Origin: an uncultured Clostridia bacterium
Lineage (GTDB): Bacteria; Acidobacteriota; Aminicenantia; UBA2199
Assembly: GCA_964573895.1 (NCBI GenBank)
Contig: CAZNLS010000004.1
Span: forward strand, 1 to 53,146
DNA: 53,146 nucleotides
Reading direction: 5' to 3'
Shown here: piece after piece, positions 33,636-42,911 of the stretch
Position numbering within the stretch: position 1 is the first letter of the stretch
How the letters are laid out: each line of letters opens with the position of its first letter
Program-made: the position numbers and the translations under genes
Notes under the pieces: model-generated
Told to the model about the DNA's origin: nothing
The model's database searches: none
The model's input: the letters and a program-made list of their open reading frames with translations, nothing else

Positions 33636-35165
33636 ATGGCCATAGAATTAAACGGTTCAGGTTTAACTATCGAAAAGTTAGTCAGAATTGCACGATTTAA
33701 TGAAAAAGTGAATCTTTCAAATGATGCAATAATGCGGATAAAAGCATGCCGTACCATGCTTGAGAAAAAAATTGAAGCTAATGAAATAATGTATGGAGTA
33801 AACACCGGGATCGGTGAGTTTTCAGAGGTGGTTCTGAATGACGACCAGGTAAAAGAATTCCAGAAATATCTGATTTATAACCATGCTGCTGGAATCGGAG
33901 ATCCGGCTCCAATCGAATATGTACGCGGAGCGATGGCCGGAAGAATCAACGTTCACGCTCATGGTAATTCAGGCTGCCGGCTTGAAATCACGCAAACACT
34001 CGTTGAAATGCTTAACAAAGGAGTCACACCTTTTGTCTGTCAGAAAGGTTCAGTAGGGGCTTCCGGAGACCTGGCTCCTATGTCACAGATTGCACTTCTT
34101 CTAATGGGTGAAGGGCAGGCATATTATTTGGGAGAACTTCTTGACGGCAAAGTTGCTATGGAGAGAGCAGGTATCAAAATCCCGGGACTCCAGGCAAGAG
34201 ACGGCCTTGCTGCAATAAACGGATCCAATGTCCTGACGGCAATGTCCGCAATATTTCTATATGATTCATTTAGATGGTTAAAACAGGCTGAGATTGCTGC
34301 TGCAATGTCGCTGGAAGCATTGAAGGCTAACATGAAACCTTATACCCCCCTCCTGCATGAAGTCAGGGGTTTTAAAGGAGCAATAGAGAGCGCAAAATCA
34401 ATCGGAAAACTGGTTAAAAACGGTGATCTGGCTGAAGGAAAAATCAAATGCAAAGTCCAGGATGCCTATTCGATGCGATCAACACCGCAGGTGATCGGAG
34501 CAGCTAGAGATGCTCTTACTTATGCAAGATCCCAGGTTGAAATCGAATTAAACGGCGTCGGTGATAACCCGATCTTCTTTCCGGATAAAAACATTCAGAT
34601 ATCAGGCGCCAATTTTCAGGGAACTCCGGTTTCACTTCCAATGGATATGGCCGGTGCTGCAATTACCATGGTCAGTGTTATGTCGGAAAGAAGAATGAAC
34701 CGGCTCAACCATCCGGCACTCAATGTCGGCCTTCCTGCCTTTCTGACAAAAGGAGCGGGAATGTTCTCAGGATTGATGCTGAGTCAGTATACAGCCGACA
34801 TGCAGATAGTTGAACAGAGAATTTTATGCATGCCCGCCTCCATCCAATCTATCCCGGCAGCAGCTGATCAGGAAGATTTTGTGTCAATGGGAATGAATAC
34901 TGCTATTAAAAATTTTCAGATACTGGACAATGCATACGGAATCCTTGGGATCGAGTTTATGGCAGCAGCACAAGCCCTTGATTTCCGTGATTACAACTTC
35001 GGGAAAGGAGTATCAACTGCAAAAAAAGTAGTCAGGAAATATGTAGACTTTCTTGAAATAGACAGGCCGCTATATCCTGATCACACAAAAATGAAGGAAC
35101 TGGTTAAATCCTGTGAAATCCTTGAAGAAGTTGAAAAAGAGATAGGCCCTCTGGAAGCACTTTAG
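33636..35165 (+). CDS. aromatic amino acid ammonia-lyase family protein (HAL/PAL/TAL family, divergent paralog)
   Basis: 509 aa. MIO motif GSVGASGDLAPMSQIA and YGVNTGIG. The selectivity position reads N-H (LIYNHAAGIG) rather than S-H. Confidence 0.85.
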   Translation: MAIELNGSGLTIEKLVRIARFNEKVNLSNDAIMRIKACRTMLEKKIEANEIMYGVNTGIGEFSEVVLNDDQVKEFQKYLIYNHAAGIGDPAPIEYVRGAMAGRINVHAHGNSGCRLEITQTLVEMLNKGVTPFVCQKGSVGASGDLAPMSQIALLLMGEGQAYYLGELLDGKVAMERAGIKIPGLQARDGLAAINGSNVLTAMSAIFLYDSFRWLKQAEIAAAMSLEALKANMKPYTPLLHEVRGFKGAIESAKSIGKLVKNGDLAEGKIKCKVQDAYSMRSTPQVIGAARDALTYARSQVEIELNGVGDNPIFFPDKNIQISGANFQGTPVSLPMDMAGAAITMVSVMSERRMNRLNHPALNVGLPAFLTKGAGMFSGLMLSQYTADMQIVEQRILCMPASIQSIPAAADQEDFVSMGMNTAIKNFQILDNAYGILGIEFMAAAQALDFRDYNFGKGVSTAKKVVRKYVDFLEIDRPLYPDHTKMKELVKSCEILEEVEKEIGPLEAL

Positions 35166-35776
35166 AACCTGTATAAAATTCCTCCGGAAACAGTTAAATA
35201 TTCGAATTTTTTGTTCTTTAACGGATAATTATAGAAGGTTAATAAATTAAACCCGAAATGTTTTAACTGGAAGAATTTTACTCCAAAGCCTGCAAGAACA
35301 TTCCAATATTTTTTTTCACCTGTATTAATTTCAGAATCAGCCTTCACATTATTATATCCAATCCCCCCCAAAACAGAAAAAATCCACCCATTCTTAAGGC
35401 TCAGAATGTCATAATTTAATTTTAGGTCACCCCGGAAAATGTGGAAATAGAAATTATCCTTCATATCTGCATCACTCGCCGTTTCAACTCCCGTAAATTC
35501 ATAGGCTCTGTGGCCATAATCAACAGAGATTCCCGGAATAATATAAATTTTTTTATGGAGGGGAATAAACAAGTCAAGACCAAAGCCAACCCCCATAGAA
35601 TATTTGCTTTTTTCAAGATAATTAAATCCTTCCGACATCAGCAATGTGCTTGAATTTCCAAAAAATCCGGAATTACCGGCATTGTACTTAATATTAAAAT
35701 TCAGAGCAAAATCAGAGGAGAAAAGTCCGAAAGTAAAAACCTGAATAATTAAAAATGCAATAACTGCTTTTTTCAT
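35162..35776 (-). CDS. small outer-membrane beta-barrel protein (OmpW/porin-like)
   Basis: Signal peptide, alternating beta-strand pattern and a C-terminal aromatic residue (..GGILYRF). I prefer the ATG at 35776 (MKKAVIAFL), which has a GAGGTG RBS. Confidence 0.7.
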   Translation of the reverse strand: MKKAVIAFLIIQVFTFGLFSSDFALNFNIKYNAGNSGFFGNSSTLLMSEGFNYLEKSKYSMGVGFGLDLFIPLHKKIYIIPGISVDYGHRAYEFTGVETASDADMKDNFYFHIFRGDLKLNYDILSLKNGWIFSVLGGIGYNNVKADSEINTGEKKYWNVLAGFGVKFFQLKHFGFNLLTFYNYPLKNKKFEYLTVSGGILYRF

Positions 35777-35815
35777 TTGCGACACCTCTTTGTTAATAGA
35801 CTTCATACGTTAAGA

Positions 35816-35861
35816 ACTGCCGGTTGGTTTAAGAACCGGCAGTCTAAAACCTTTTTTTTTT
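35816..35861 (+). other. orphan GC-rich hairpin followed by a T10 tract in a divergent intergenic region
   Basis: ACTGCCGGTT (35816-35825), 8-nt loop, AACCGGCAGT (35834-35843): a perfect 10-bp stem. T10 lies at 35852-35861, 8 nt after the stem. Confidence 0.5.
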
Positions 35862-35909
35862 GAAAACGTAATAATTTATAATAAGAATTCAAAAGCAAGG
35901 AGGAATTCT

Positions 35910-36707
35910 ATGAAGAAAATACTTCTCATTATTTCCTTAGTATTACTGTTTGCTGCATTTAGTTGTAAAACATCGACTACCGCTTCAGATGATTTCAGAT
36001 TAATTACAGTATCCGGATTTTCTCTTCAGGACACCGGTCCCGAGGGCCTGACAAGTATTAACCTCTTTTTTTCACTTAATAATCGGGGAAGTCTGTCAGG
36101 TACTATTAAATCCTGGAATTTCAAGTTAATACATAATATTATCACACTACTTGAAATAAACAACGATAATTATAAAAGTTACAATCTGGAGTTATCAGAT
36201 TCAACATCCGTTCCTTCAAACAATATTCTGAATTTCTATGTCAATACACCTCTGCCGTTGGCTCAAAATGCCGTTGGTAAAGATTCCCTCCCTTTTAGCA
36301 CTTACACACCTAACGGAGTTATAGTAGAACTTACAATCGAAGATAGTTCAGGCGAACTTTTTACAATCACAAAGAGAGGTTCATATACATATGAAAGAGG
36401 AATAATAGATGGAGAAAAATATAATATTCTGGGTTCATGGGAATTTACTAAAACTATCAATGGAGATACGAAGGCAAAGCAAAAAATAACATTTGTCGGA
36501 ACCAAATCGTCCGGAAATTTCGTAGTTTACAACCTTGGCACAGGAAAAGCGGAGAATTCGGGAACTTTTGTTGTCTCAGGCTATACAAGTCTTACACTAA
36601 ATTCCACTGACGGAACTAAATTCTGGGGAAATTTTACCTCGGTAAATTCCATGGATGGGACTCTTCTGAAAGGAACTTCTACCGGAACATGGTTGGCATC
36701 AAGGTAA
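35910..36707 (+). CDS. hypothetical lipoprotein
   Basis: 265 aa with an AAGGAGG RBS. The signal peptide ends in a lipobox (LFAAFSC). Ser/Thr/Gly/Asn-rich, beta-rich body. Confidence 0.6.
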   Translation: MKKILLIISLVLLFAAFSCKTSTTASDDFRLITVSGFSLQDTGPEGLTSINLFFSLNNRGSLSGTIKSWNFKLIHNIITLLEINNDNYKSYNLELSDSTSVPSNNILNFYVNTPLPLAQNAVGKDSLPFSTYTPNGVIVELTIEDSSGELFTITKRGSYTYERGIIDGEKYNILGSWEFTKTINGDTKAKQKITFVGTKSSGNFVVYNLGTGKAENSGTFVVSGYTSLTLNSTDGTKFWGNFTSVNSMDGTLLKGTSTGTWLASR

Positions 36708-36736
36708 TATTTTAATTGCTTCGTTTGAGGAAATAA

Positions 36737-37078
36737 CTATTTTTTACACACTTTAAACCTGTCAGATACAATACATTTTTTTATATCGGATTTAAATGCT
36801 TCTTCCTTCGAAATATCTGCAATTATGATGTCTACTATTTTTGAGGTAAAAGTGTCTCCCCTGTAAATGCTGTATTCAACCCAGAGACCATCTTTTTTAT
36901 CATCAACAATTTCAGCATCCTTTAGTATTCTCAGATGTCCGGAAACAGTTGACTGTGAAAGAGACATAATATCAGTAAGTTCACACACACAAAGAGGCTT
37001 AACGGATAACATATTGACAATTCTAAGCCTGTTATAATCTGAAAGCGCTTTTAACTTTTTCTCGGTCTTTGAATACAT
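36737..37078 (-). CDS. ArsR/SmtB family metalloregulator
   Basis: 113 aa. Winged-helix core LSDYNRLRIVNML..PLCVCELTDIMSLSQSTVSGHLRILKDA with the CVC metal/metalloid-binding motif. Confidence 0.85.
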   Translation of the reverse strand: MYSKTEKKLKALSDYNRLRIVNMLSVKPLCVCELTDIMSLSQSTVSGHLRILKDAEIVDDKKDGLWVEYSIYRGDTFTSKIVDIIIADISKEEAFKSDIKKCIVSDRFKVCKK

Positions 37079-37093
37079 TTAACCAAATTCTTC

Positions 37094-37285
37094 TCATTCA
37101 TGAAGACAGTTTCCACCACATCCCGAACAAGATGGAGGATCATTTTTTGGATTATATTTTTTAAGGCCCTTTCCTTCTATTCTGAATCGCGATCTCATTC
37201 CTTTATAATTACCGAGGAATACACTTCCAAGCATGAAAGCAAAAGCAAACAGAACAAAAAAAATTATAATTAACAATTTAATCAT
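37094..37285 (-). CDS. small Cys-rich membrane protein, NqrM-like by position (FeoB-associated Cys-rich protein-like by sequence)
   Basis: 63 aa. One TM helix, then a basic linker and C-terminal CSGCGGNC. It lies immediately downstream of apbE, where nqrM sits in Vibrio-type nqr operons. Confidence 0.45.
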   Translation of the reverse strand: MIKLLIIIFFVLFAFAFMLGSVFLGNYKGMRSRFRIEGKGLKKYNPKNDPPSCSGCGGNCLHE

Positions 37286-37327
37286 CTTCTTCCTTTTTTT
37301 ATCTTGAATGAACTTAACATAAATTCC

Positions 37328-38401
37328 CTATTTTTTCAATAATTTTTCAAATAACGGTGTCGTTTGTTCTATAAATTTATTTCCCGAATGTCTAATCATG
37401 AATACCGGAATTTTTTCTTTCAGAGCAAATTTTAAACCTTTCTTTGGTCCCAAAACGTCAATAGCAGTTGCATAAGCATCAGCCATCATACATGAACGGT
37501 GAATTACCGTCACTGACACAAGATCGTGTATAACAGGATAACCGGTATCCGGATCAATTGTATGTGAGTATCTCTTTCCATTTTTTTCAAAGTAATTCAT
37601 GTAATCGCCGGATGTAGCCATTGAACAGTCAGAGATATGTATAACCCTGGACAACCCGGGTCTTACCTTTGGTGATTTTATTCCGACTGACCACGTGGCT
37701 CCTGCTCCATTCACTCCCCGAACCCTTATTTCTCCACCGATCTCCACCAGATAGTTAAGAAAACCTTTTGAATCAAGGAACTCGGCAACCCTGTCTACTC
37801 CGAATCCCTTCGCAATCGCTGACAAGTCACAATACAGCCCCTTTAATTTTTTTTTTAAAGCAGGAGGATTGTATCTTACATCGAGGAATTTATAACCGAT
37901 TTTTTTTTTCAGCTTCTCAATTACGGTTTTTTCAGGTATCTCTCTTTTTGAAAAATCTTTGCCGAATCCCCAAATATTCACAAGAGGACCAACTGTAATA
38001 TCAAATTTACCCATCGTTTTACGGCTTACATCAAGGGAAGCACTTATTACAAACACAGTATCATTTGAAATGGTGAACCAGTCATTTTTCCCATAGGAAT
38101 TAAAACGGGAAATTTCAGAATCTTTTCTGTAGGTTGACATTTTATTATTAACATCTTCCAGAATAGAATTAATTCCCTGTTCAAGCTCATTTAGTTTTTT
38201 TTTGACATTACCAAGAAGAAGAAAATTATTTCTGACAATCTTCACACTGAATGTTGTCCCCATGGTACTTCCGGTTATTGAAACAGTGTTAGAGAGCTTA
38301 GTATTACTCTGTTTGCATGAAATACTAAAAATTATTGAGAAAAAGATTATTACTACTGAAAAAAAACGAATTTTAGAGATTATGAATACGGATTTTTTCA
38401 T
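37328..38401 (-). CDS. apbE: FAD:protein FMN transferase (flavin transferase), lipoprotein
   Basis: 357 aa with lipobox SISC, MGTTFSV motif and C-terminal ..SGDY.. region. 4-nt overlap with the nqrF stop. Confidence 0.88.
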   Translation of the reverse strand: MKKSVFIISKIRFFSVVIIFFSIIFSISCKQSNTKLSNTVSITGSTMGTTFSVKIVRNNFLLLGNVKKKLNELEQGINSILEDVNNKMSTYRKDSEISRFNSYGKNDWFTISNDTVFVISASLDVSRKTMGKFDITVGPLVNIWGFGKDFSKREIPEKTVIEKLKKKIGYKFLDVRYNPPALKKKLKGLYCDLSAIAKGFGVDRVAEFLDSKGFLNYLVEIGGEIRVRGVNGAGATWSVGIKSPKVRPGLSRVIHISDCSMATSGDYMNYFEKNGKRYSHTIDPDTGYPVIHDLVSVTVIHRSCMMADAYATAIDVLGPKKGLKFALKEKIPVFMIRHSGNKFIEQTTPLFEKLLKK

Positions 38402-39633
38402 CCACCGAAATCATCAAGCATAATATTTTCAGGTTCAACACCGAGATTATCAAGCATATCTATAACAGCTTTATTCATCATTGGCGGCCCGCACATGTAA
38501 TATTCACAATCCTCCGGATTAGGGTGATCTTTGAGATAATTTTCGTATAGTACCTGATGGATAAAACCGGTATAACCTTTCCAATTATCTTCCGGGAGAG
38601 GTTCCGAAAGAGCTATATTCAATTCAAAGTTTTTGTTATTTTTCTGCAGATTTTTAAAATCATCTATATAAAACATTTCACGAAGACTTCTCGCTCCATA
38701 CCAGAATGTGACTTTACGGTCAGTGTGTATTCTTTTCAACTGGTCGAAAATATGTGATCTCATCGGTGCCATTCCTGCTCCACCGCCAATGAATACCATT
38801 TCAGCATCAGTCTCCTTTGCAAAAAATTCACCGTAGGGACCGGAAATAGTAACTTTATCTCCGGGTTTGAGGTTAAAAATATATGAAGACATTTGTCCCG
38901 GAGGCACATTAGGCATAGATGGCGGAGGAGATGCAATTCTTACATTGAGCATGATAATCCCTTTCTCTTCAGGGTAGTTAGCCATCGAGTATGCTCTTGA
39001 GATCTCGGCTGTTACTTTAGACTCATATCTCCACAGATCAAATTTATCCCAATCGTGCTTATATTCATCCTCTATTAAAAAATCCCTGTAATTAAGTTTG
39101 TGAGAAGGGGCATCTATCTGGATATATCCCCCTGCCCTAAAGTCAACATGCTCTCCTTTGGGAAGTTCTAATACCAGTTCCTTGATAAAAGTTGCAACAT
39201 TGTGATTTGACCTTACAGTACATTCCCATTTCTTTACATCAAAAATTTCCGGAGGAATTTCAATTTTCAGATTCTGTTTAACGGAAACCTGACAGGACAA
39301 TCTAACCCCTTCCCTTGCTTCACGCCTGTTCACCATAGACGTTTCAGTTGGAAGAATATCTCCGCCGCCTTCAAAAATCTTGCATTTACACTGCCCGCAG
39401 GTTCCCTGACCTCCACATGCGGAAGGGATAAAAATTTTGTTATCTGCAAGTGTGTTCAGCAGCTTATCACCTGCGGGAACACTCAGACTTTTCGACTCAT
39501 CATCATTTATCAGGATATTTACATTACCGCTGGCTACGAGCTTAGATTTTGCAAGCAGTATAAACACAACAAGTGCGAGAACAATGAATGTAAACATAAA
39601 AACGCCAAGTAGTACAATATTTAATCCGCTCAT
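38398..39633 (-). CDS. nqrF: Na+-translocating NADH:quinone reductase subunit F
   Basis: 411 aa. N-terminal TM helix, 2Fe-2S ferredoxin motif [12 protein letters not shown], and an FAD/NADH-binding domain ([15 protein letters not shown]). Confidence 0.93.
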   Translation of the reverse strand: MSGLNIVLLGVFMFTFIVLALVVFILLAKSKLVASGNVNILINDDESKSLSVPAGDKLLNTLADNKIFIPSACGGQGTCGQCKCKIFEGGGDILPTETSMVNRREAREGVRLSCQVSVKQNLKIEIPPEIFDVKKWECTVRSNHNVATFIKELVLELPKGEHVDFRAGGYIQIDAPSHKLNYRDFLIEDEYKHDWDKFDLWRYESKVTAEISRAYSMANYPEEKGIIMLNVRIASPPPSMPNVPPGQMSSYIFNLKPGDKVTISGPYGEFFAKETDAEMVFIGGGAGMAPMRSHIFDQLKRIHTDRKVTFWYGARSLREMFYIDDFKNLQKNNKNFELNIALSEPLPEDNWKGYTGFIHQVLYENYLKDHPNPEDCEYYMCGPPMMNKAVIDMLDNLGVEPENIMLDDFGG

Positions 39634-39645
39634 TTCTATCCTTCC

Positions 39646-40257
39646 TTATAATTGAATCCCGGAAAAAAGCATGAAAGCCATTGCCATGAGTCCCGCAGTA
39701 ATAAATGTTATACCGAGACCTCTTAAGCCGGGGGGAATATTGCTGTATTTCATCTTTTCACGAACACCCGCCAGGGCTATAATTGCAAGCGCCCATCCTA
39801 TACCGGAGCCCATACCGTAAACGACACTCTCTGTAAATGTATATTCTCTCTGGACCATAAGAAGCGAACCGCCCAGAATTGCACAGTTAACAGTTATGAG
39901 AGGAAGAAAGATCCCGAGAGCGTTATAGAGACTGGGAACATATTTATCAAGTACCATTTCCAGTATCTGAACCATGGCAGCTATAACACCGATATAGGTG
40001 ATTAACCCGAGAAATGTGAGATCAACACCCGGAAGCCCTGCCCATGAAAGAGCCCCTTCCTTTAACACATTGTTATATATAAGATTATTTACCGGGACTG
40101 TTATGGTCTGAACAACGACAACTGCAATCCCCAACCCGAATGAAGTCTCGACTTTTTTTGATACCGCAAGGAATGTACACATCCCCAGGAAAAATGCCAG
40201 GGCCATATTCTCAATAAAAATTGATTTGATGAAAAGACTTAAATAGTGTTCAATCAT
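39646..40257 (-). CDS. nqrE: Na+-translocating NADH:quinone reductase subunit E
   Basis: 203-aa polytopic membrane protein in the NqrE position of the operon. Confidence 0.9.
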   Translation of the reverse strand: MIEHYLSLFIKSIFIENMALAFFLGMCTFLAVSKKVETSFGLGIAVVVVQTITVPVNNLIYNNVLKEGALSWAGLPGVDLTFLGLITYIGVIAAMVQILEMVLDKYVPSLYNALGIFLPLITVNCAILGGSLLMVQREYTFTESVVYGMGSGIGWALAIIALAGVREKMKYSNIPPGLRGLGITFITAGLMAMAFMLFSGIQL

Positions 40258-40260
40258 TTT

Positions 40261-40881
40261 TTATTCCTCTTCAATTTGCTCTTTTTTAATGGATCTTACA
40301 ATCCAGATAATAATTCCAATTAGAAAAAATGCACTGGCCGGCAAAACCAGAAGTCCGTTCGGAACATACCATCCGCCATCAGTTTTGAGTGGAAGGATTG
40401 AATATCCGAGAAGTTTTCCCGAACCGAAAAGCTCACGAACAAATCCTACCGAAACGAGCACAAAAGTATATCCCAGCCCGTTGCCGATCCCGTCAAGAAA
40501 ACTCATCCAAGGTGGATTTTTCAGAGCATATGCTTCAGCTCTTCCCATAATAATGCAGTTGGTAATGATCAGGCCTACATAAACCGAAAGCTGCTTCGAT
40601 ACATCAAAAAAGAAGGCCCTTATAAACTGGTCCGCAATAATAACGAGAGATGCAATAATTGTCATCTCAACAATTATCCTTATGCTGCTCGGGATGTAGT
40701 TCCTGATGGCACTGACAGCAAGATTCGAAAAAGCAAGGACAAATATTACTGCAAGTGACATAACCAATGATGTTTCAAGTTTTGAAGTTACTGCCAGAGC
40801 CGAACATATTCCCAGAACTCCAAGCAGAATCGGGTTGTTGCTAAATATCGGATCAAAGAGAGTTTTTCTCATTGTGCTCAT
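40261..40881 (-). CDS. nqrD: Na+-translocating NADH:quinone reductase subunit D
   Basis: 206-aa polytopic membrane protein with an NqrD/RnfE-like N-terminus (..[18 protein letters not shown]..). Confidence 0.9.
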   Translation of the reverse strand: MSTMRKTLFDPIFSNNPILLGVLGICSALAVTSKLETSLVMSLAVIFVLAFSNLAVSAIRNYIPSSIRIIVEMTIIASLVIIADQFIRAFFFDVSKQLSVYVGLIITNCIIMGRAEAYALKNPPWMSFLDGIGNGLGYTFVLVSVGFVRELFGSGKLLGYSILPLKTDGGWYVPNGLLVLPASAFFLIGIIIWIVRSIKKEQIEEE

Positions 40882-40882
40882 A

Positions 40883-41719
40883 TTAATTTCCCCTCTTTTC
40901 TTTAATCAGTTTTTTTAAATAGGGGCCAAATCCCGTTTCCCCCCAGTGTCTGCCGTCATATCCCATCCAGAACCGGACAAGATTATTTACTCCGCGTGTA
41001 GTTAGTGTAGCGCCGGACAAACCGTCAATTGTCGAATCATAGCCGGGAGACCCGGGAATTGCCTTTCCTTTTATCACTTTTATTTTCAAATCTATGGTAT
41101 CACCCGAGATATCAAAAGCCTCTTTGTTATTCCAAAGAGCTTTCCATTTGGGATTATCAACTTCGCCGCCAAGTCCGGGAGTCTCTTCATGTTTGTAGAA
41201 TGTAAATCCCTTAATAGTTACCATATCCTTGTCAAGGGCGAGCAGCCCATACATCGTTGACCAGAGACCTCTTCCATAGAGAGGGAAAATCCTCCTCTCT
41301 ATTTTTCCGGAGTCATCATCTGCAAGAACGTTGTAGACAATCATGTAATTTGGGCGTCTTTTAATCGATGCAAGATCTTTATCTGCAGGTATTTTCGAAC
41401 TAAATTCAGAATCTTTTGCCAGTGCTTCAATATCAAAATTCTCAGCCTTGAGTTTTTCATTCTTAATTTCATTGATGACATTCCCGGTTTTCAATTCAAC
41501 AAGAACAGGTTTTATTTTTTGCTTGAAAAGTTTCATTATTTCATCATGACCGGTTGCCTCTATTCCTCCTGCAGTAAGAATATTTTTTAATTTGTCCATC
41601 TTTTTATTCATATCCTGGACAGGTTTCAATTCTACATATGCGAGCGAAACCAGTATGGAAGAAACCAGGCATACGCCAAGAGCAACACCAATCGTTTTTT
41701 TTATGGAATCAGCTGCCAT
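40883..41719 (-). CDS. nqrC: Na+-translocating NADH:quinone reductase subunit C
   Basis: 278 aa. N-terminal TM anchor and the FMN-attachment motif [12 protein letters not shown]. Confidence 0.9.
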   Translation of the reverse strand: MAADSIKKTIGVALGVCLVSSILVSLAYVELKPVQDMNKKMDKLKNILTAGGIEATGHDEIMKLFKQKIKPVLVELKTGNVINEIKNEKLKAENFDIEALAKDSEFSSKIPADKDLASIKRRPNYMIVYNVLADDDSGKIERRIFPLYGRGLWSTMYGLLALDKDMVTIKGFTFYKHEETPGLGGEVDNPKWKALWNNKEAFDISGDTIDLKIKVIKGKAIPGSPGYDSTIDGLSGATLTTRGVNNLVRFWMGYDGRHWGETGFGPYLKKLIKEKRGN

Positions 41720-42911
41720 TGCGGAGTAACCTCCTCTTTACATTTTTATTAATTACTATTTTATCTATAATTGGAGCAAAAACATTTCCGAACAGAATTG
41801 CAAGCATCATTCCTTCCGGAAAAGCCGGGTTAATAACACGCACAAGAACAACAAAGATTCCTATCAATAAGCCGTAATAGTATTTCCCCCGTTGTGTCAT
41901 TGCGGCACTTACCGGATCTGTTGCCATAAAAACCGCACCAAATGCAAAACCACCAAGAACCAGATGCCAGTGTGGAGGAACAGAAAACATTGGATTAGTT
42001 GTGCTGCCAACCAGGTTGAGCAGAAGTGATGTTCCAACCATTCCCGCAAAAACACTTACTATGATTCTCCATGCGCCGATCCCGGTAGCTATCAGAATCA
42101 CTGCACCAATAAGTATTGCCAGAGTTGAAGTTTCACCCATGGAACCGGGAATCGTTCCAAAAAACGCTTTGCTCCAGGACACGCCACCGGCAGGAAATGA
42201 CTCGGCAAACTTTGAAAGAGGAGTTGCTTTTGTAACACCGTCAACGGCAACCCAGACTGCATTTCCCGATATTTGTGCAGGATATGCGAAGAATAGGAAA
42301 GCCCTGCCTGCAAGAGCAGGATTCACAATGTTCATTCCCACACCCCCAAAAACCTCTTTTCCTATAACAATCCCGAAAGTGATCCCTAATGCAACCTGCC
42401 ATAGAGGTATATTTGGCGGAAGGATCATTGGAAAAAGAAGGCTTGTCACAAGAAATCCTTCACTCACTTCATGCCTTCGTACCACACCAAAGAGAATCTC
42501 CCAAAAAGCTCCAACAGCAAAAGATACAAAATAGACCGGTAGAAAAAATAGCATCCCAATTACAACATTTGAAAGAATCGAAGCCTGATTATAGCCGGTC
42601 CCAAGAAAACTAACCATTCCTCCTCTCCAACCATTCATTGCAGTCTTTCCGAGATTTACCAACTCAATATTTACCTGGAGTCCGGTATTGTAGAATGCAA
42701 ACAGGACGGCTGGTATTAATGCATATACAACAACCATCATCATTCTTTTGAGGTTTAAAGCATCCCTTACAAAAGAAGGACCCAATGTTACTTTTCCCGA
42801 AGTGAATAAAAAATTATCCACAGTATCAAAAAGGGGTTCAAGTAGATGAAGCTTGCCTCCTTTCTGATAATGCCTGGAATGTTTGTCCAAAAATTTTCTT
42901 AAAAATTTCAT
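41709..42911 (-). CDS. nqrB: Na+-translocating NADH:quinone reductase subunit B
   Basis: 400-aa polytopic protein with the flavinylation-region motif DGVTKATPL and ATDPVSAA. Confidence 0.92.
   Translation of the reverse strand: MKFLRKFLDKHSRHYQKGGKLHLLEPLFDTVDNFLFTSGKVTLGPSFVRDALNLKRMMMVVVYALIPAVLFAFYNTGLQVNIELVNLGKTAMNGWRGGMVSFLGTGYNQASILSNVVIGMLFFLPVYFVSFAVGAFWEILFGVVRRHEVSEGFLVTSLLFPMILPPNIPLWQVALGITFGIVIGKEVFGGVGMNIVNPALAGRAFLFFAYPAQISGNAVWVAVDGVTKATPLSKFAESFPAGGVSWSKAFFGTIPGSMGETSTLAILIGAVILIATGIGAWRIIVSVFAGMVGTSLLLNLVGSTTNPMFSVPPHWHLVLGGFAFGAVFMATDPVSAAMTQRGKYYYGLLIGIFVVLVRVINPAFPEGMMLAILFGNVFAPIIDKIVINKNVKRRLLRNGS

Noticed and set aside
131-35165. Co-location of histidine biosynthesis (his operon) and histidine degradation (two ammonia-lyases) about 30 kb apart as a possible functional super-cluster.
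   Set aside because: They are separated by about 25 unrelated genes on both strands, with independent promoters. The co-location is most simply coincidence.
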